From a virus, in the IMG/VR virus record IMGVR_UViG_3300045988_033256: a DNA stretch of 50,200 bases. The stretch is one strand, 5' to 3'. How positions within the stretch are numbered: position 1 is the first letter of the stretch; each line of letters starts with the position of its first letter. Made by a program: the position numbers and the translations under genes. Below, in pieces: positions 30,636 to 39,794 of this stretch. The notes under the pieces are model-generated. The model was not told the DNA's origin. It did not search any database and saw only the letters and a list, made by a program, of their open reading frames with translations.

Positions 30636-33389
30636 TTATGCACCTCCTGTTACAAGACTCACGCCACGCCGCCGCGTTTCGCCGCTGTTGTACGGGCCGG
30701 TAATGCGTGCAAACTTCGCGCCGTCGATGTACAGCTCGATAGGTTGACTGCTGTTGCCCGTGCCGCCGCGTGCGTCCAGTGCCGCGTTAAACGCATCAAT
30801 CATGGTGGACAGTGGGGTTTCCACGTTCACGCCGCTTTTCTGATCGCCCAACAGAGCGAGAAATTCGCTGTTCGGGCTGATAACTGCACCATTTGCAAGG
30901 GCAGGAATGTCAAGCGAATACGCAGCAGCAGGAGAATCCAGCGAAAATGCGCTTAATCCGCCACCCAATGCGCCAACAAGCGACGAAATACCACTTCCAA
31001 TGCCACTTCCAATTTTGCTAATCAGATTAAGGACAAAGGAAATAGCGTCGCCCAGTTTCGTAATGGTATCCGTCAAACCCTCAATAATAGAGATCACAGA
31101 AAAACCGATAAACTGAACGATAGGTTTGATAATGCTCCAAATCGTTTGCAGAATCGGAGCCAGCGCAGATACTATCTTATATACTGCCTGTAACGCCGCT
31201 GCAAGAAGATTGAGGATTGCCGGAGCGGCTTCTTCGATAGTCCACTTGCTGAACGGCTGGAGGACGTTCTCATACGCCCACGACAGGCCGTTCATGATAA
31301 TATCTACAAGCGGTTCAATCGCCGCCAACAGGTTGCGGAACGCCGTCATTAGCGGTTCAAAGTTGAGTCCGCTTGCCCAGTTCGCCCAGGCCTGCGACAT
31401 TCTGTCAATGCCTGCAAGCACATCGTCGATGATTTTAAGGATGCTTGTCCAAATCGCGACACCGTTACCGTTGTACTCCCATGCGGATTGCAGGTTTTCG
31501 GCAATGGACTTAATCGCGGCGATAATGTTCGTGACGATCGAGAGAATGTGCGCAAAGATACTTTGTCCCAGTCCGCCCTGCGTCCACGCCGTGATAAACG
31601 CCTGTCCGATAGAATTAACGAGATTCACAACCGACGTAATCATTTGAATCAAGGTGTTTATCATCGTTTGTCCGGCATTACCATCGTTCCACGCGGCTAA
31701 AAACGCTTGACCGATTGCGTTAATTGCCTGAACCACCGTGGTAATGAGGGTCATAATGCTTTGCAGCATGATTTGTCCCGCGTTACCATCGTTCCATGCT
31801 GCAATGAACGCCTGCCCAATAGATGTGATAATCTGAATGATCGTGTTCAGCAAGTCCATAATTGCTTGCAACATCTGTTCGCCCGTGTTGTTAGTGTTCC
31901 ACGCATTGGTAAATGCCGTTGCAATGGCGGTAATCAGATCGAAGATAGTTTGCAGCAGCAGTTGAATGTTGTTAAGCGTTTCAAGTCCGGTTCCGTTCGT
32001 CCAGATTGCCATAAATGACTGACCGATAGCAGAAACCATGTCTTTCAGCGCAGACAGAGCGTTCTTTGCGCTTTCAATAGTCTGCTGTCCGTACTGCGCC
32101 CACGAATCCTGAAATACTTTCCAGAAGTCAGTGAGCCATTGCGGTGTCTGATTTTTTACTGCGGAATAATCCGTATCAAACTTGGGTGCGCTCGGGTCGG
32201 TCGTGTTACTGCTGTTATTGGTTAATTTCTGGACTGTATCGAACGATGCAAGGGCCTTTTCAGCTTTCTTCGCAGACGATGCCGTGGAATCCAGTGCATC
32301 CGTTTGCTTGTTCAGTTCCTTTGCATTTTCCTGCGCCTGCTGTGCGGTCGTACCGAACACGGACGCGATAAACTGCGCCATCTGCGCCGTTACCTGTGCA
32401 AGAGCCTGCATCAGCTTATTCAGCCACGGAATGATAGATTCATAGATAGGCTGGAACGCCGTCAGCAGGTTACTTTTCACCTGTCCAAACGACTTTGCAA
32501 ACGTTTGGTTTGCAAGCAGAGCCTTGCCCAAACGGTCAGTCATTGCCGTAAGCGCTTTGGAAATCAAGTTGAAGAACAACGCGCCCGCAACGATAGAACG
32601 CAGACGTACACCGAACGACTGCACGCCGCCCGTTGCTTTCTTCATAGATTTTTGGCTGGAACGTCCGAAACTGGAGAATTTGGCTTTGAGCTTGTCAATC
32701 GCTGCGCCCAATTTGCCACCGAGAAAATTTTGCAGACTTCCGACAGACGTTTTCAAGCCAGCGCCCAAACCCGCAATAACTCGTTTCAGTTTAGCCATTT
32801 TGGAATTTGTCTGACTTACGAAGTCATTCATTTCCGATTTGGACTGTTTCAGCCCGGCCTTCATGTTCTCTAACTGCGTGGTCTCATTGGCAAGGTTTTG
32901 CCGCACATTCTGGCCGGCGCTGCTCATCGTGGACGATTGCTTGATCTCGGCAAGCTGTTGTTTCAGTTGTGCCGCTTTATCATCTGCGTTTCGCAGAGCT
33001 TCGCCCAATTTATCCGATTCAGCAACAAGCGAATTCAGCTTTTGCGCCGATTCCGAGAATTCCTCCTGTGGGATTGCGCCCGTTGCCGCCTGTTTCAGTT
33101 TGGTGTTGTAATCGCTCTGAGCCTTTTCAATCTCAGCGTTTACTTCATCCAACCGAGCAGCCAGACGTGCGGCTTCTTTCTCCGTTGCTGCAAGGTCGGC
33201 TTGCATTTTAATGCCCTTCGTGCCGCCAGCAGCTACCTTGTTCCACTGTTCAGCAAGTTTTTGTACCTTTGCGGCTTGTTTATCTACGGCGGCTGATTGC
33301 TTCTCAATGTCTTTCGTCATTTGTGCAATCTGCTTTTTCGCTTGTTCGTCGCTTACAGTAGCGTCGATTCTGATAGAGCCATCCGCCAT
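30636..33389 (-). CDS. Tail tape measure protein (917 aa)
   Basis: It is a long alpha-helical protein with internal repeats (AFI(A/T)AWN(D/T)GNAGQ... x3). It is preceded by chaperone-like genes. Confidence 0.9.
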   Translation of the reverse strand: MADGSIRIDATVSDEQAKKQIAQMTKDIEKQSAAVDKQAAKVQKLAEQWNKVAAGGTKGIKMQADLAATEKEAARLAARLDEVNAEIEKAQSDYNTKLKQAATGAIPQEEFSESAQKLNSLVAESDKLGEALRNADDKAAQLKQQLAEIKQSSTMSSAGQNVRQNLANETTQLENMKAGLKQSKSEMNDFVSQTNSKMAKLKRVIAGLGAGLKTSVGSLQNFLGGKLGAAIDKLKAKFSSFGRSSQKSMKKATGGVQSFGVRLRSIVAGALFFNLISKALTAMTDRLGKALLANQTFAKSFGQVKSNLLTAFQPIYESIIPWLNKLMQALAQVTAQMAQFIASVFGTTAQQAQENAKELNKQTDALDSTASSAKKAEKALASFDTVQKLTNNSSNTTDPSAPKFDTDYSAVKNQTPQWLTDFWKVFQDSWAQYGQQTIESAKNALSALKDMVSAIGQSFMAIWTNGTGLETLNNIQLLLQTIFDLITAIATAFTNAWNTNNTGEQMLQAIMDLLNTIIQIITSIGQAFIAAWNDGNAGQIMLQSIMTLITTVVQAINAIGQAFLAAWNDGNAGQTMINTLIQMITSVVNLVNSIGQAFITAWTQGGLGQSIFAHILSIVTNIIAAIKSIAENLQSAWEYNGNGVAIWTSILKIIDDVLAGIDRMSQAWANWASGLNFEPLMTAFRNLLAAIEPLVDIIMNGLSWAYENVLQPFSKWTIEEAAPAILNLLAAALQAVYKIVSALAPILQTIWSIIKPIVQFIGFSVISIIEGLTDTITKLGDAISFVLNLISKIGSGIGSGISSLVGALGGGLSAFSLDSPAAAYSLDIPALANGAVISPNSEFLALLGDQKSGVNVETPLSTMIDAFNAALDARGGTGNSSQPIELYIDGAKFARITGPYNSGETRRRGVSLVTGGA

Positions 33390-33404
33390 TTATTCACCGC
33401 CTTT

Positions 33405-33938
33405 CTAATTGATCTGCGCCCAGAAAGCGTCAATAGCTTCCTTTTCTTCTTCGGAAAGTGCGGGTGCAGGGGTTAAATTACGTTTGAGACGTTCGTATTC
33501 CTGTTTCTGTTTTCCCTTCATTTTGCTTGTGTCCGTGCCTCTGATTTGCAGGGCATGAGACATTGCCGAATCTTCGTTAAGGCTTTCCATCATTGCCATA
33601 AACTCAAACCAGTGCAGATTGACCTTGTGCAGCTCAATGCCGAACGTCTGCCGGAACGATGCGTACAACCGTGCAGAATCGAAATCGAACCACATCATGC
33701 GTTTACCGCCGGGTTCAATCTCTCTATCGTCGCCACAGCGAACAAACCACTGTAAACCTTCCAGTGCAATGTCAATGGGTGGCATCCCTGCTCCGTAAAG
33801 CAAGGATAAGGCCACCCATACACGGTCATTATCGCTTAAATTCGGGTCGTCCAGCGCAAGGGAAATCTGAATGCCGATTCTGTAATCCGTGCGAATCAGA
33901 TACCCCTTGTAAGAGCTTGGCAGGCGGTCGAGCAGCAT
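33405..33938 (-). CDS. Gp15-family phage protein (tail assembly associated)
   Basis: The track start is GTG at 33956. The ATG at 33938 gives MLLDRLPSSYKGYLIRTDYRIGIQI, the typical Gp15-family N-terminus. Confidence 0.7.
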   Translation of the reverse strand: MLLDRLPSSYKGYLIRTDYRIGIQISLALDDPNLSDNDRVWVALSLLYGAGMPPIDIALEGLQWFVRCGDDREIEPGGKRMMWFDFDSARLYASFRQTFGIELHKVNLHWFEFMAMMESLNEDSAMSHALQIRGTDTSKMKGKQKQEYERLKRNLTPAPALSEEEKEAIDAFWAQIN

Positions 33939-33939
33939 G

Positions 33940-34332
33940 TTAAACACTGCCGACACGCTCCGCGCTGTATTTGCTCATGTTTGCTGCACGCTTCTCAACG
34001 TGGCTGTCAATGATGGGGGTAAGCTGTGCGAAGAAATCAAGGAACTGGTCGGAGGACGGAAGCACCGCACCAAACACCTTCGCGCAAGTATTTTCGCCAA
34101 TCAGCGCGTCGATTTTTTCCTTAACGTCTTTGTCAAACGCTACGATATCGTCCAGAGTGTCCAGAACGTCGCCTTTCTTCTCAGAAATAGCCGTTGCCTT
34201 GTCTTTGATTTCATTCAGCAGGTCGAAAAAGCCTTTGACAAAGCTATCATCAGACAGCGGAAGGGAGATCGTCTCTCCCTTGTCGTTGACTTCAATAACC
34301 TTTACGCCGCTGTTTACGCGGATACTATCCAT
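33940..34332 (-). CDS. Tail assembly chaperone-like protein (130 aa)
   Basis: It lies between the major tail protein and the Gp15-like/tape measure genes. Confidence 0.6.
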   Translation of the reverse strand: MDSIRVNSGVKVIEVNDKGETISLPLSDDSFVKGFFDLLNEIKDKATAISEKKGDVLDTLDDIVAFDKDVKEKIDALIGENTCAKVFGAVLPSSDQFLDFFAQLTPIIDSHVEKRAANMSKYSAERVGSV

Positions 34333-34346
34333 TCCTCGTTACCTCC

Positions 34347-34868
34347 TTATACGGATACGTTCGCAGTGAATACCGGTGCACCGCCGGTGATCTTAACAGT
34401 GCCTGGAATCGGGTCGCCTACATAGTTCAGCGTATATTCCAGCGTCGGGGATTCGCCGCCTGCGCCGCCGTAGGTATCAACCTGTACAGATACTTCCTGT
34501 ACTTCTGCAACGTAGGTTGCAGTGTCGCTGTCACTGGTAGCATTCCACATGTCCACATTCAGCAGCCATGCGTGAGAATCTGCCAGAGTAGCGCGAGCGC
34601 GACGCTTCTTGTCGATAAACTCAAACACATCGTCGCCCTTGGTGCACTGCTGAGAAACGCTCATGGTCGGCTGATAGCCGGTAATCTCAGTAGTTGCAGA
34701 ATCAGAAATAATGTCCTGCTCAGTCTCGGTCTGTGCACCGTAGTCCGTAGATGCTTCGGTTACGTTCTTGCCGATTCGCGCCCACTTTGCAGTGGAATAC
34801 TCACCCATTTTATCAGTGGTATCCAGAAAGTGTGCAATCAGAGGACGTTTAATCTTTTCAGTTGCCAT
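34347..34868 (-). CDS. Major tail protein
   Basis: 173 aa, with the N-terminus MATEKIKRPLIAHFLDT...KWARIGKNVTE typical of siphovirus major tail proteins. The gene order supports the call. Confidence 0.75.
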   Translation of the reverse strand: MATEKIKRPLIAHFLDTTDKMGEYSTAKWARIGKNVTEASTDYGAQTETEQDIISDSATTEITGYQPTMSVSQQCTKGDDVFEFIDKKRRARATLADSHAWLLNVDMWNATSDSDTATYVAEVQEVSVQVDTYGGAGGESPTLEYTLNYVGDPIPGTVKITGGAPVFTANVSV

Positions 34869-34870
34869 TT

Positions 34871-35302
34871 TTACACCTCAACTTCATAGTTAATGGTTAA
34901 GAGAATTTGGTAATCCTCGGTTAAATCTTCGTATCGAGCGATAAGCCCCGCAGGGGTCGTTCGCTCAACAGATGTGACGGTCATTCCCTCGCCGAGATCA
35001 GGCGGGTTTTCTTCCGCCCATGCTCCCAGCTCATTCAGCAAGGATTCAACGTCGAGGCGTCCCTCGCTGTCGGTCGGCAGGGCGCGATACATCACGCCGA
35101 ACGGGTACTGTGCAGCATATCCGCCGTCAATGTACTGTGCGGTTTTATACGCGCTCTGTACACTGGTAAGCATCATGCCTGACCGTTCCGGCGGGAGATA
35201 TTCAAACTCGATTTCGGGAGCATAGCCTTTCAGCCATAAAAGAACAGCCCGTGAAACACCGTCTTGTTCACGAGCTGTTACCGTGTTCAATTTCTCACTC
35301 AT
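34871..35302 (-). CDS. Head-tail joining / tail completion protein (143 aa)
   Basis: Called from its position in the head-tail connector block. Confidence 0.55.
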   Translation of the reverse strand: MSEKLNTVTAREQDGVSRAVLLWLKGYAPEIEFEYLPPERSGMMLTSVQSAYKTAQYIDGGYAAQYPFGVMYRALPTDSEGRLDVESLLNELGAWAEENPPDLGEGMTVTSVERTTPAGLIARYEDLTEDYQILLTINYEVEV

Positions 35303-35693
35303 CGGTCAAAATCTTGCGCACTCCTTCCCTCCAGTGTCCCTCGTTCACCGCGCGGCTTGCCTCAAACCAGTGCGATTGCGCGTGTTTGTGCACCGCCTTA
35401 CTGTATTTAAGGTCGCGCTCGGTCAACACCTTGCGCACGCCCTTAGGCGCGAATGTGCTTCCTGTTGCCGGGTCGATCATCACCTTGACGTAATACTGAA
35501 AACCTGCATACGGCGAGGCATACACGATGGCATGCCCGTGCCGCTGCACGTTCATTGCCAGCGCTTCGGTTCGCGCCGGAACAAACGGGTCGGTGTCCTT
35601 GATGATTTCCTCGCAAAGCCACTTGTTCGCCTTTTCTACGCGCTTATCGAGCAGATTTTTCGGCAAATGCAGTTTCATGGAGTAATAAATCAT
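35295..35693 (-). CDS. Head-tail joining protein (HK97 gp10-like / minor capsid family, 132 aa)
   Basis: Called from its position and the DTDPFVPARTEAL motif. Confidence 0.6.
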   Translation of the reverse strand: MIYYSMKLHLPKNLLDKRVEKANKWLCEEIIKDTDPFVPARTEALAMNVQRHGHAIVYASPYAGFQYYVKVMIDPATGSTFAPKGVRKVLTERDLKYSKAVHKHAQSHWFEASRAVNEGHWREGVRKILTDE

Positions 35694-36001
35694 CGTCCGC
35701 CCACCTCCAAATGCTGCAACAGGCCGTAATCATACCGAGAAACGCTCGTAACACGGTACGTTTCGTGTTTCTCACGGCATTTCTGGTAGCTGCCCTCATC
35801 CGGCACATCACCACGGGCGAAATAGTCCTTTTCAGGCGATAGCGTGAGTTCGCACGGCAGAGGGATATACAGCGTGACGGAATCCGCGCTGTTGAGTGCG
35901 GTTTTCGTTGCCGCTGTGCCTCTGGTGCTTTCCAGCAACACGCCTGTAAGCACTGTTCGGCCGGACGGCTGAAAGATCGTCACAGTGTGCGGTAATTTCA
36001 T
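35690..36001 (-). CDS. Head-tail adaptor-like protein (103 aa)
   Basis: Called from its position. It has ATGA-type overlaps on both sides. Confidence 0.55.
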   Translation of the reverse strand: MKLPHTVTIFQPSGRTVLTGVLLESTRGTAATKTALNSADSVTLYIPLPCELTLSPEKDYFARGDVPDEGSYQKCREKHETYRVTSVSRYDYGLLQHLEVGGR

Positions 36002-37173
36002 GCTGTCACCTTTGCCCTTTCAAACTGTGTCGGCAATTCTGCCGCTTCGGAAAACGCCTTGTATTCGCGCCGTAACGCTTGCAGGCGAATCTTTGCATTG
36101 TCGGCTTGCTCGGTATCCCCGGCGGCTTCAAACGCCATCCTGCGCCGTGTCTGCTTCCGCATAGCCGTTTCCAACTTGCGCTGCATCTGCGTCGCTTCGT
36201 AGGCGGTGTAAGTCTTGCCCTGATACTCAAACGGCGGCGGGTCGATGTTCTTTAGTTCATCGTCCGTATAGACGCGCTCGGAAACGCCCTCCAAAAACGG
36301 ATGCCGGTGGTGTCTACAGTTAGCGCCCTCCAGACCGTCAACCTGTCCCAATCCGCAAACCTTGTAGATATTCGGGTACTTGCTGCCGTCTTTCGTGGCG
36401 TATACCTTGCCTTGCCAGCGCTTATGATTTGACCAAACGTGCGGTTTGTCCTTATCGCGTGCTCCACGATGGGCGGTCACTTCGTATAAGTCGGTTTCCA
36501 ACACCTCAGCTGCTTCTTCGGCATACTTGGATGTAACCTGATTCAGACCGGTTACAATAGCACGCCGCGCCGCAACGTCAGCATGGTTCATCCAACCAGA
36601 CGCATAATCAACCGTGCGGATACCGCTGTCAGCCAGTTCCCGTACAGCATCTTCAAGCGCCTGCTGCACCGTAAATCCGCCAGAGTAAACCTTCATTTCT
36701 GCCTTATCAAGCACAGCCTGATAGGCTTTTGCGATAGGGCGGAACACGATTTCGCCGTTCGTCTGCACAGCAAAACCCAAAGAACGGGTAATGTTGCGGT
36801 ACTCATCGAGCATTTGCTTGCGAATCAGTTCAATTTCTCGTGCCGTCACGATTTCAAGTGGCATTGTAATACCTGCCTTGTCGGACAACTCGCCGTAATA
36901 CTCGCGGTTTAGCTTTACCGCACGGTCAAGCGCGCCCTGCACTTCCTCCGTGCTGGTCTTGGTATGATTTGCGATACGCCGTTCGATGGTATCCATATCC
37001 AGACCATAGGTTTTCAGCGTGCGTATGTCGTTTATCGTTACCTCGTTCAGTTCGCCGCTCAACTTGAAGCGGGAGCAAATCTCACGCAACAGGTCATCTT
37101 CCATTGCGAGGATTGCTTTCACAAGCGGTTTAGGCGCGTTTTCAAGGTATTCCGGAGTAATAGGATACTTCAT
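35998..37173 (-). CDS. Minor capsid / head morphogenesis protein (SPP1 gp7-like, minor capsid protein 2)
   Basis: The start is trimmed to the ATG at 37173, sharing 1 nt with the upstream TGA. The protein contains ...TAHRGARDKDKPHVWSNHKRWQGKVY...GANCRHHRHPF. Confidence 0.75.
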   Translation of the reverse strand: MKYPITPEYLENAPKPLVKAILAMEDDLLREICSRFKLSGELNEVTINDIRTLKTYGLDMDTIERRIANHTKTSTEEVQGALDRAVKLNREYYGELSDKAGITMPLEIVTAREIELIRKQMLDEYRNITRSLGFAVQTNGEIVFRPIAKAYQAVLDKAEMKVYSGGFTVQQALEDAVRELADSGIRTVDYASGWMNHADVAARRAIVTGLNQVTSKYAEEAAEVLETDLYEVTAHRGARDKDKPHVWSNHKRWQGKVYATKDGSKYPNIYKVCGLGQVDGLEGANCRHHRHPFLEGVSERVYTDDELKNIDPPPFEYQGKTYTAYEATQMQRKLETAMRKQTRRRMAFEAAGDTEQADNAKIRLQALRREYKAFSEAAELPTQFERAKVTA

Positions 37174-37565
37174 CAGCCGATACCGCCATAGAGTAAGCCA
37201 GTACCGCACAAATACTGTGCGATAAGTCGTTTTTGCCGATCTTCAATGCTCTGCACCTGTGCAGCAATAGCAGAGTTAGCGCCGTAACTGCGAGACCACG
37301 AGCCGACACTCTCAGAGGATACCGCGCCGCCGTCCGTAGAAAAGACGGCGGATTCTGCGGTTTCCTGATTGTGCATGACTTCTGCCAGCGCACAGTTAAG
37401 GCGTTTTACTCGGTGCATTACAGTGTCACTCAGAACGCCGTCAGAGCGTCCGAGCGTTGCGCAAGAGATAATATCCGCCGCTCTCCCTGCTACGCGGTCG
37501 TAATCCTTCTCATCAATCAGATTACCCTTGTAACAGGTGCGGTAAAAGTCATAGTTTGCGTACAC
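37173..37565 (-). CDS. Head-tail connector protein (gp6-like, 130 aa)
   Basis: The GTG start at 37565 is preceded by AAAGGAGC. It lies directly downstream of the major capsid gene. Confidence 0.6.
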   Translation of the reverse strand: MYANYDFYRTCYKGNLIDEKDYDRVAGRAADIISCATLGRSDGVLSDTVMHRVKRLNCALAEVMHNQETAESAVFSTDGGAVSSESVGSWSRSYGANSAIAAQVQSIEDRQKRLIAQYLCGTGLLYGGIG

Positions 37566-37583
37566 GGCGGATTGCTCCTTTCT

Positions 37584-38630
37584 TTACGACGGCAGGGTTA
37601 CAGTTGCAATGTACAGGCCGTTCGGGTCGGGCAGAACCGGGATAAACATACCGGATGCCTTAGTCCAGATTGCAACCGGGTCGGGGGTCTGCCACTGGGT
37701 CATGGTGATGTACTGGTTCTGCGATGCAGCAGTAAATGCGCCCTGTGCTTCCTCCTCCGGAGTTACACCCCACAGGCCAGCGCCGAACGAACCGTTTGCC
37801 ATGGTTGCGAGGAACGCAATCTTGTTCTTCGGGAAGTAGCGCTGAGTGGTCAGCGTGCCGTCTGCCTTTTCGTAGTTGTAAACCTGATCGTTTACAGTGA
37901 TGCGCTCGATGCCGAACAGACGGGAGAACAGGCTCGTAATTTCGTCCTGAGTTGCCAGACGACCAGCGAAAGCAGAGCCGAAAAGCGCGTTCTGGATAAC
38001 AGCGCTCTTAGCGAGCAGGCTGAGAACAGCAGAGCTGGTGACGATCTCACGCAGTACGCGGCCGGTTGCAATAGCAGCGTCGCGCACGCCCTGAATATCG
38101 TCGAGGATGGTCTTTGCCTTTGCCTCGGTAGACCAATCGAAAGCCTTGTTCGTGTGGTCGGTCGGAACACCGAAGTCGATAGTGGTATTGACGTGGTTCT
38201 CGTTGATGGTCATCTTGCCGGTTGCAAGAAGCTCCTGCTTTGCAACCTCGGTACGGGTCTTTACACCCTCGGCCAGACGCGCCATATCGTCAAAGATATA
38301 GTCGAGAATCTCGTTGTTGGTGCTTACGCCGTGGTTGCGGAGCAGGCGGACACGCTCAGAAAGGTTGATCTTGCGCTTGATGAGCAGCTTCTCAACGGTT
38401 ACGATGCTTGCAGTCGGGCGGGAGCCGATCTGTGCCTCTGCGTCGAGCGCGTGCACGGTTGCCATGGTCGGCAGGTATGCGCTGTCAGACATAGCGAGAT
38501 ACTTTGCGGTGATGTTCTGCGTCTTCTGGTCAGGGAACAGGCGGTCGCCGGACAGCTCCGGGCGTGCAATGTTGAAATTCTGACCGAAGTCCAGCAGTTC
38601 AGCTTCTTTCAGCAGTTCTACAAATTCCAT
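37584..38630 (-). CDS. Major capsid protein (capsid protein E-like)
   Basis: 348 aa. It lies after the scaffold and decoration-like genes. The N-terminus reads MEFVELLKEAELLDFGQNFNIARPELSGDRLFP. Confidence 0.85.
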   Translation of the reverse strand: MEFVELLKEAELLDFGQNFNIARPELSGDRLFPDQKTQNITAKYLAMSDSAYLPTMATVHALDAEAQIGSRPTASIVTVEKLLIKRKINLSERVRLLRNHGVSTNNEILDYIFDDMARLAEGVKTRTEVAKQELLATGKMTINENHVNTTIDFGVPTDHTNKAFDWSTEAKAKTILDDIQGVRDAAIATGRVLREIVTSSAVLSLLAKSAVIQNALFGSAFAGRLATQDEITSLFSRLFGIERITVNDQVYNYEKADGTLTTQRYFPKNKIAFLATMANGSFGAGLWGVTPEEEAQGAFTAASQNQYITMTQWQTPDPVAIWTKASGMFIPVLPDPNGLYIATVTLPS

Positions 38631-38644
38631 AGGTTATTACTCCT

Positions 38645-39010
38645 TTACGCTCTGGTGGTTTCCGGCGCGTTAACAAAAACAACGCCGCTCTTTTCGAGGG
38701 TGGACTTTGCGCCAGTCTTGGAGCTATCGTCCGCGCTCGGCTGTGCGGGCAGGCGGTTTGCATATACACGGCCAGCAACAATAACAGCAGCTACACGGTC
38801 GCCGTTGGTTACGTCCACATCCTCAAACACAATGCCCTCTGCGGTGTTGTCGTTCAGCGGGAAAATAGTGCCCTGCTTAACAACCTTCCGATTGCCATCA
38901 GCAGTGCCGAGGGTTGCAGGAATGAGACGGGTCTTGGTAATCAGACCAACTTCGCTTGCGAGGATAGACGGCTTGCGTGCACCGTCAACTTTGTTTACAT
39001 AAGTGCCCAT
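38645..39010 (-). CDS. Head decoration-like protein (121 aa)
   Basis: It lies between the scaffold and major capsid genes. Confidence 0.5.
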   Translation of the reverse strand: MGTYVNKVDGARKPSILASEVGLITKTRLIPATLGTADGNRKVVKQGTIFPLNDNTAEGIVFEDVDVTNGDRVAAVIVAGRVYANRLPAQPSADDSSKTGAKSTLEKSGVVFVNAPETTRA

Positions 39011-39017
39011 AGGTTAT

Positions 39018-39602
39018 TTACTCCTTTCCCTTGGGTGCGAACTGTGCGGAATACCGCTGTGCAGCCAGACCGGCAGCACTTACCGCATGCGGTGCGGGAT
39101 TCTGAATCGGATTTGCAAACGTCGGAGCGGGTTTTTCGCTCTGAAATGCCGCCGGGTCGGATTCCTGCTGCTTCTTGCAGTAATCGTCAAAGCCGGTCAG
39201 CGTGCCGTCCTTCATTTCCAGTTTGTTTGCGGTCAGGTCAGCGATAAATGCCTTTTCTGCCGCCTTGGAGGTAAACTTAATACCCTTTGCGGTGATACCG
39301 GCGCGTACTGCGTCCGCATAATCGCGGGCATCGAGCTTGCTCTGGAATTCTGCGGTGTCGGTGTCGTACTTCTTCTGCAGGGTGTCGAGCTTGGTCTTCA
39401 AGTCGTCCGCGTCGCCCGCATTCTTCTTCAAGTCCTCAATGTCCTTGTCGCGCTGGGTGAGCTGGTCGCGCAGGTCGGTAACGTCTTTCTTGGCTTCTGC
39501 CGCCTGTGACTTGTATTTCTCAACATCCTTGCCGTTCAGTGCAAAAACCTTATCTGCCTGTTCATCAGTCAGACCGATTTCTAACAGTTCTTCTTTCTTC
39601 AT
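39018..39602 (-). CDS. Scaffolding protein
   Basis: It is a highly charged helical protein. The N-terminus MKKEELLEIGLTDEQADKVFALNGKDVEKYK is typical of phage scaffold proteins. Confidence 0.8.
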   Translation of the reverse strand: MKKEELLEIGLTDEQADKVFALNGKDVEKYKSQAAEAKKDVTDLRDQLTQRDKDIEDLKKNAGDADDLKTKLDTLQKKYDTDTAEFQSKLDARDYADAVRAGITAKGIKFTSKAAEKAFIADLTANKLEMKDGTLTGFDDYCKKQQESDPAAFQSEKPAPTFANPIQNPAPHAVSAAGLAAQRYSAQFAPKGKE

Positions 39603-39713
39603 GTGTGTACTCCTTTCAGATTAGGCGTTTTAGGTGGTCGCCGTCACCGATCTGCCTGCACTTTTAGGCTTGCAGGATAGCCAATTTCCGTAGTTTAATG
39701 CCGTTGCGGGCAT

Positions 39714-39735
39714 GAAAAAAGCGCCTTACAGCGCT
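39714..39735 (-). terminator. Rho-independent terminator after the portal gene
   Basis: The minus strand reads AGCGC-tgtaag-GCGCT followed by TTTTTTC. Confidence 0.6.
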
Positions 39736-39794
39736 GGATTCACTTTATCAAAGTGGGTTATGCGATTATCAAAGTCGATTGGCTAACAGTTTGA

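Noticed and set aside
33938-33990. Programmed -1 frameshift joining the two tail-chaperone-like ORFs upstream of the tape measure gene
   Set aside because: I saw no X_XXY_YYZ slippery heptamer in the last roughly 50 nt of 33940..34332. The downstream ORF has its own ATG 2 nt after the stop and a family-typical N-terminus (MLLDRLP...).
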